Positions 62,101-64,000 of a stretch of 64,000 nucleotides of DNA are shown piece after piece. The first letter of the stretch is position 1. Each line of letters begins with the position of its first letter. The notes under the pieces were generated by a model. That model had not been told where the DNA came from and searched no databases. It was given only the letters and a program-made list of their open reading frames with translations. Position numbers and translations under genes: made by a program. Origin of the DNA: Macrostomum hystrix (lineage: Eukaryota; Animalia; Platyhelminthes); NCBI GenBank assembly GCA_950097015.1, contig CATNEN010000005.1, positions 2,232,001 to 2,296,000 on the forward strand, written 5' to 3'.

Positions 62101-63336
62101 ACGATTGGCCACCTGAGGAGGTTGGGAGAATAATAATGGGATAAATTCTACTTTTGAGATAAAAGGTGAGATTTTAAATCTCACCCCTAAGATTCTAAAT
62201 CTCACCCCTAAGATTCTAAATCTCACCCCTAAGATTCTTAATCTCACCCCTAACATTCTAAACCTCACCCCCGATATTCTAAGTCTAACCATGAGATTCT
62301 CAATCTTACCCCTGAGATTCTCAATCTTACCCCCCCTGATATTCTAAATCTCACCCCTGATACTCTAAATCTCACCCCTGATACTCTAAGCCTTAGCCGT
62401 GAGATTCTAAATCCGGCGCCTGATGTTCTAAATCAGGCGCCTGAGATTCTAAATCTCGTGCCTGAGATTCTAAATCTCACGCCTGATATTCTAAGTCTAG
62501 ACGTGAGATTCTAAATCTCACCCCTGATATTCTAGGTTTAACACCTAAGATTATAAATCTCATACTGAAATGTATAATCTTACCCTTGATATTCACAATT
62601 TCATCCCCTCAGATTCTAAATCATATATCTAAGATAAAGACATCACCTTAAATTGTTCCTTTTTTAACCTCACAAATATGGACATTCTAAATATCCCCAA
62701 CTAGGATATTATAAACTTGCCCAGTATGAGTTTAAAAATTTGTCCCACCTTTCTATCCAACTCCAGCAGGTGCAGTCGCCTCTCCAACTCGTGCAGTCGC
62801 TGCAGCCCAGCCTGCAGTCGCGGCAATGCGGCCGCGTGTCGCATTCCCAGACTGTCGGCTCCGTTGCAGTGCAAGGTGACACCGAGCGCGGGCTGACAGG
62901 CGAACTTGGCTGTGGCTTCTCGAAGAGCCGCTCTTAGCGCTTCTTGATTGAGTCTGGCAGCCGCTGCAGCCGCCGCAGCCGACGATGGAGGCCATCGACG
63001 ACCGACAACAGTCCTGGCCGACGTTGATCCGCTTGTCTCCAACGAGCCCAACAAGTTATTAGCATTATTAGCGTCACTGTGGTTGGATCCTGTTGAACTA
63101 GTCGATGCATCTTGACGAATGATGCAGTGCCGGCCTGTCGGCGAGCGATGCTGCAAAGGCGGCGCTCGCGACATTGGCATTTCATCGTTGTCGTCTTCGT
63201 CGCAGTCTAGACGGACGTCTTCGTTGTCGACGCTGTCTATACGACGATTGTAGGCCTCGGTATTCGGGCCAACAACGCTTGGTTCATCGTCGACAGGCTT
63301 GGCTCGGCCGATGCTCCCTAGCAAGGCGCGACTCAT
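55507..63336 (-). CDS. CCDC142: CCDC142-like coiled-coil protein, seven exons
   Basis: Exons 62749-63336, 61786-62112, 61147-61468, 59526-60313, ~57959-58380 (boundaries uncertain), 57233-57522, 55507-56308. By-eye similarity to human CCDC142 in collinear blocks: LQRLHELERRLHLL, FARLINRLAEERA, YLELVWQRI, FFTVVLIDLPAL (vs FLLLIQKDLPPL), RAARCLESDVERLVAFL (vs QGALQLKQDFGVVRELL), DAVRQLRAGIKLLRRRQP. Confidence 0.72.
56660..57170. repeat. 24-bp minisatellite, CCDC142 intron 6
   Basis: Unit CTACTTCTCATTCACCATCTCAAG. Confidence 0.95.
57524..57915. repeat. 20-bp minisatellite, CCDC142 intron 5
   Basis: Unit CCTGAATACCTGTTAGGTTT. Confidence 0.95.
58440..59490. repeat. 17-bp minisatellite, CCDC142 intron 4
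   Basis: Unit AATTCTGACACTAATCC. Confidence 0.95.
60400..61135. repeat. 21-bp minisatellite, CCDC142 intron 3
   Basis: Unit AAATCCCACATCCCCAGCCTC. Confidence 0.93.
61515..61775. repeat. 12-bp homogeneous minisatellite, CCDC142 intron 2
   Basis: Unit GATCCCAGATCCT-type 12-mer (ATCCCAGATCCT + G register), ~21 near-identical copies. Confidence 0.95.
62170..62600. repeat. 21-bp degenerate minisatellite, CCDC142 intron 1
   Basis: Unit GATTCTAAATCTCACCCCTAA. Confidence 0.9.
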
Positions 63337-64000
63337 GCTGAAGAATAATTTGACTTTTGATTTGTACTTTTATAATGCACTTTTATGATGTACTTTTAGA
63401 ATGTACTTTTATTTTGTACTTTAGAATGTACTTTTGTATTTTTTATAGATGGCACCAAGTTCGCTTGGAAAGTCGCTTGAAGCAAAATAAAGATACGACA
63501 AAAATTATTTTCTGCTATATGAAATCGTAAAATGATGTAGGGAGAAGTTATGATTTATTTTTGTTAAAGTTTAAGTAATCACAAAACGAGACTGAAGTTT
63601 ACAAATTGAAGCTCTCAATTTTAACTAAAGCCTGCATTTAAGTCAATGTTTAGTTGTATTAAAATGGACTGAGCATGTCAAAGGGAAACTTAAAAAACGT
63701 TTAATTAACGACATACCCATAGTTAATGTGGTCCAATAGGAAAAAATCTCTGCCTAATTAACAAAATAATTCTTTTGTCTAGCAAAAAAACTTGGGAATT
63801 AGTAAAGGTATAAAAAACTAAAACTAAAAATAATACGACAATCCCAGCCAGCCTTTGGATTTTAAAGAATGCACTTTTGCATGCGACTGGGACGGAATAA
63901 TTTCGGGTGAAGAAGGTAAAAAATGTTCTGTTTTGCAGCTGCTGACAAAAAATGGTGTGTATTTACTCTGTGCCAGTACAACTAAAAGTAAATAGATCCT

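Overview
Eukaryotic (animal) genomic DNA, not prokaryotic. Exons are GC-rich with poly-Ala/Gly/Gln tracts, introns are GT-AG, and spacers are AT-rich. About 25 different minisatellite arrays cover roughly 19 kb by hand tally. The style resembles a free-living flatworm such as Macrostomum, but this is inference only. Genes reconstructed by hand from splice sites and reading phase: TMEM106 exon 1 (- strand, runs off the left edge), an anoctamin/TMEM16 of at least 16 exons (-), CCDC103 (-), a PWWP-domain ORF followed by an ENT (EMSY N-terminal) domain exon (+), a LAP1/LULL1-like torsin cofactor (+) with an upstream truncated duplicate, an orphan two-exon gene (-), and CCDC142 (-). Mobile DNA comprises a tRNA-derived CORE-type SINE family and a non-autonomous Helitron that retains the RepHel C-terminus and carries a nested hAT MITE with an 8-bp TSD. 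The most interesting signals are: (1) a probable PWWP+ENT chromatin reader whose two halves are joined by an odd TGA-ca-ATG / -1 frame junction; (2) inverted minisatellite arrays and inverted SINEs bracketing anoctamin exons; (3) intronic arrays whose units carry splice-site motifs; (4) an anoctamin with a remodelled Ca2+ site. Most long ORFs in the supplied track are artefacts of tandem repeats. All gene models are hand-made and unverified by RNA data.
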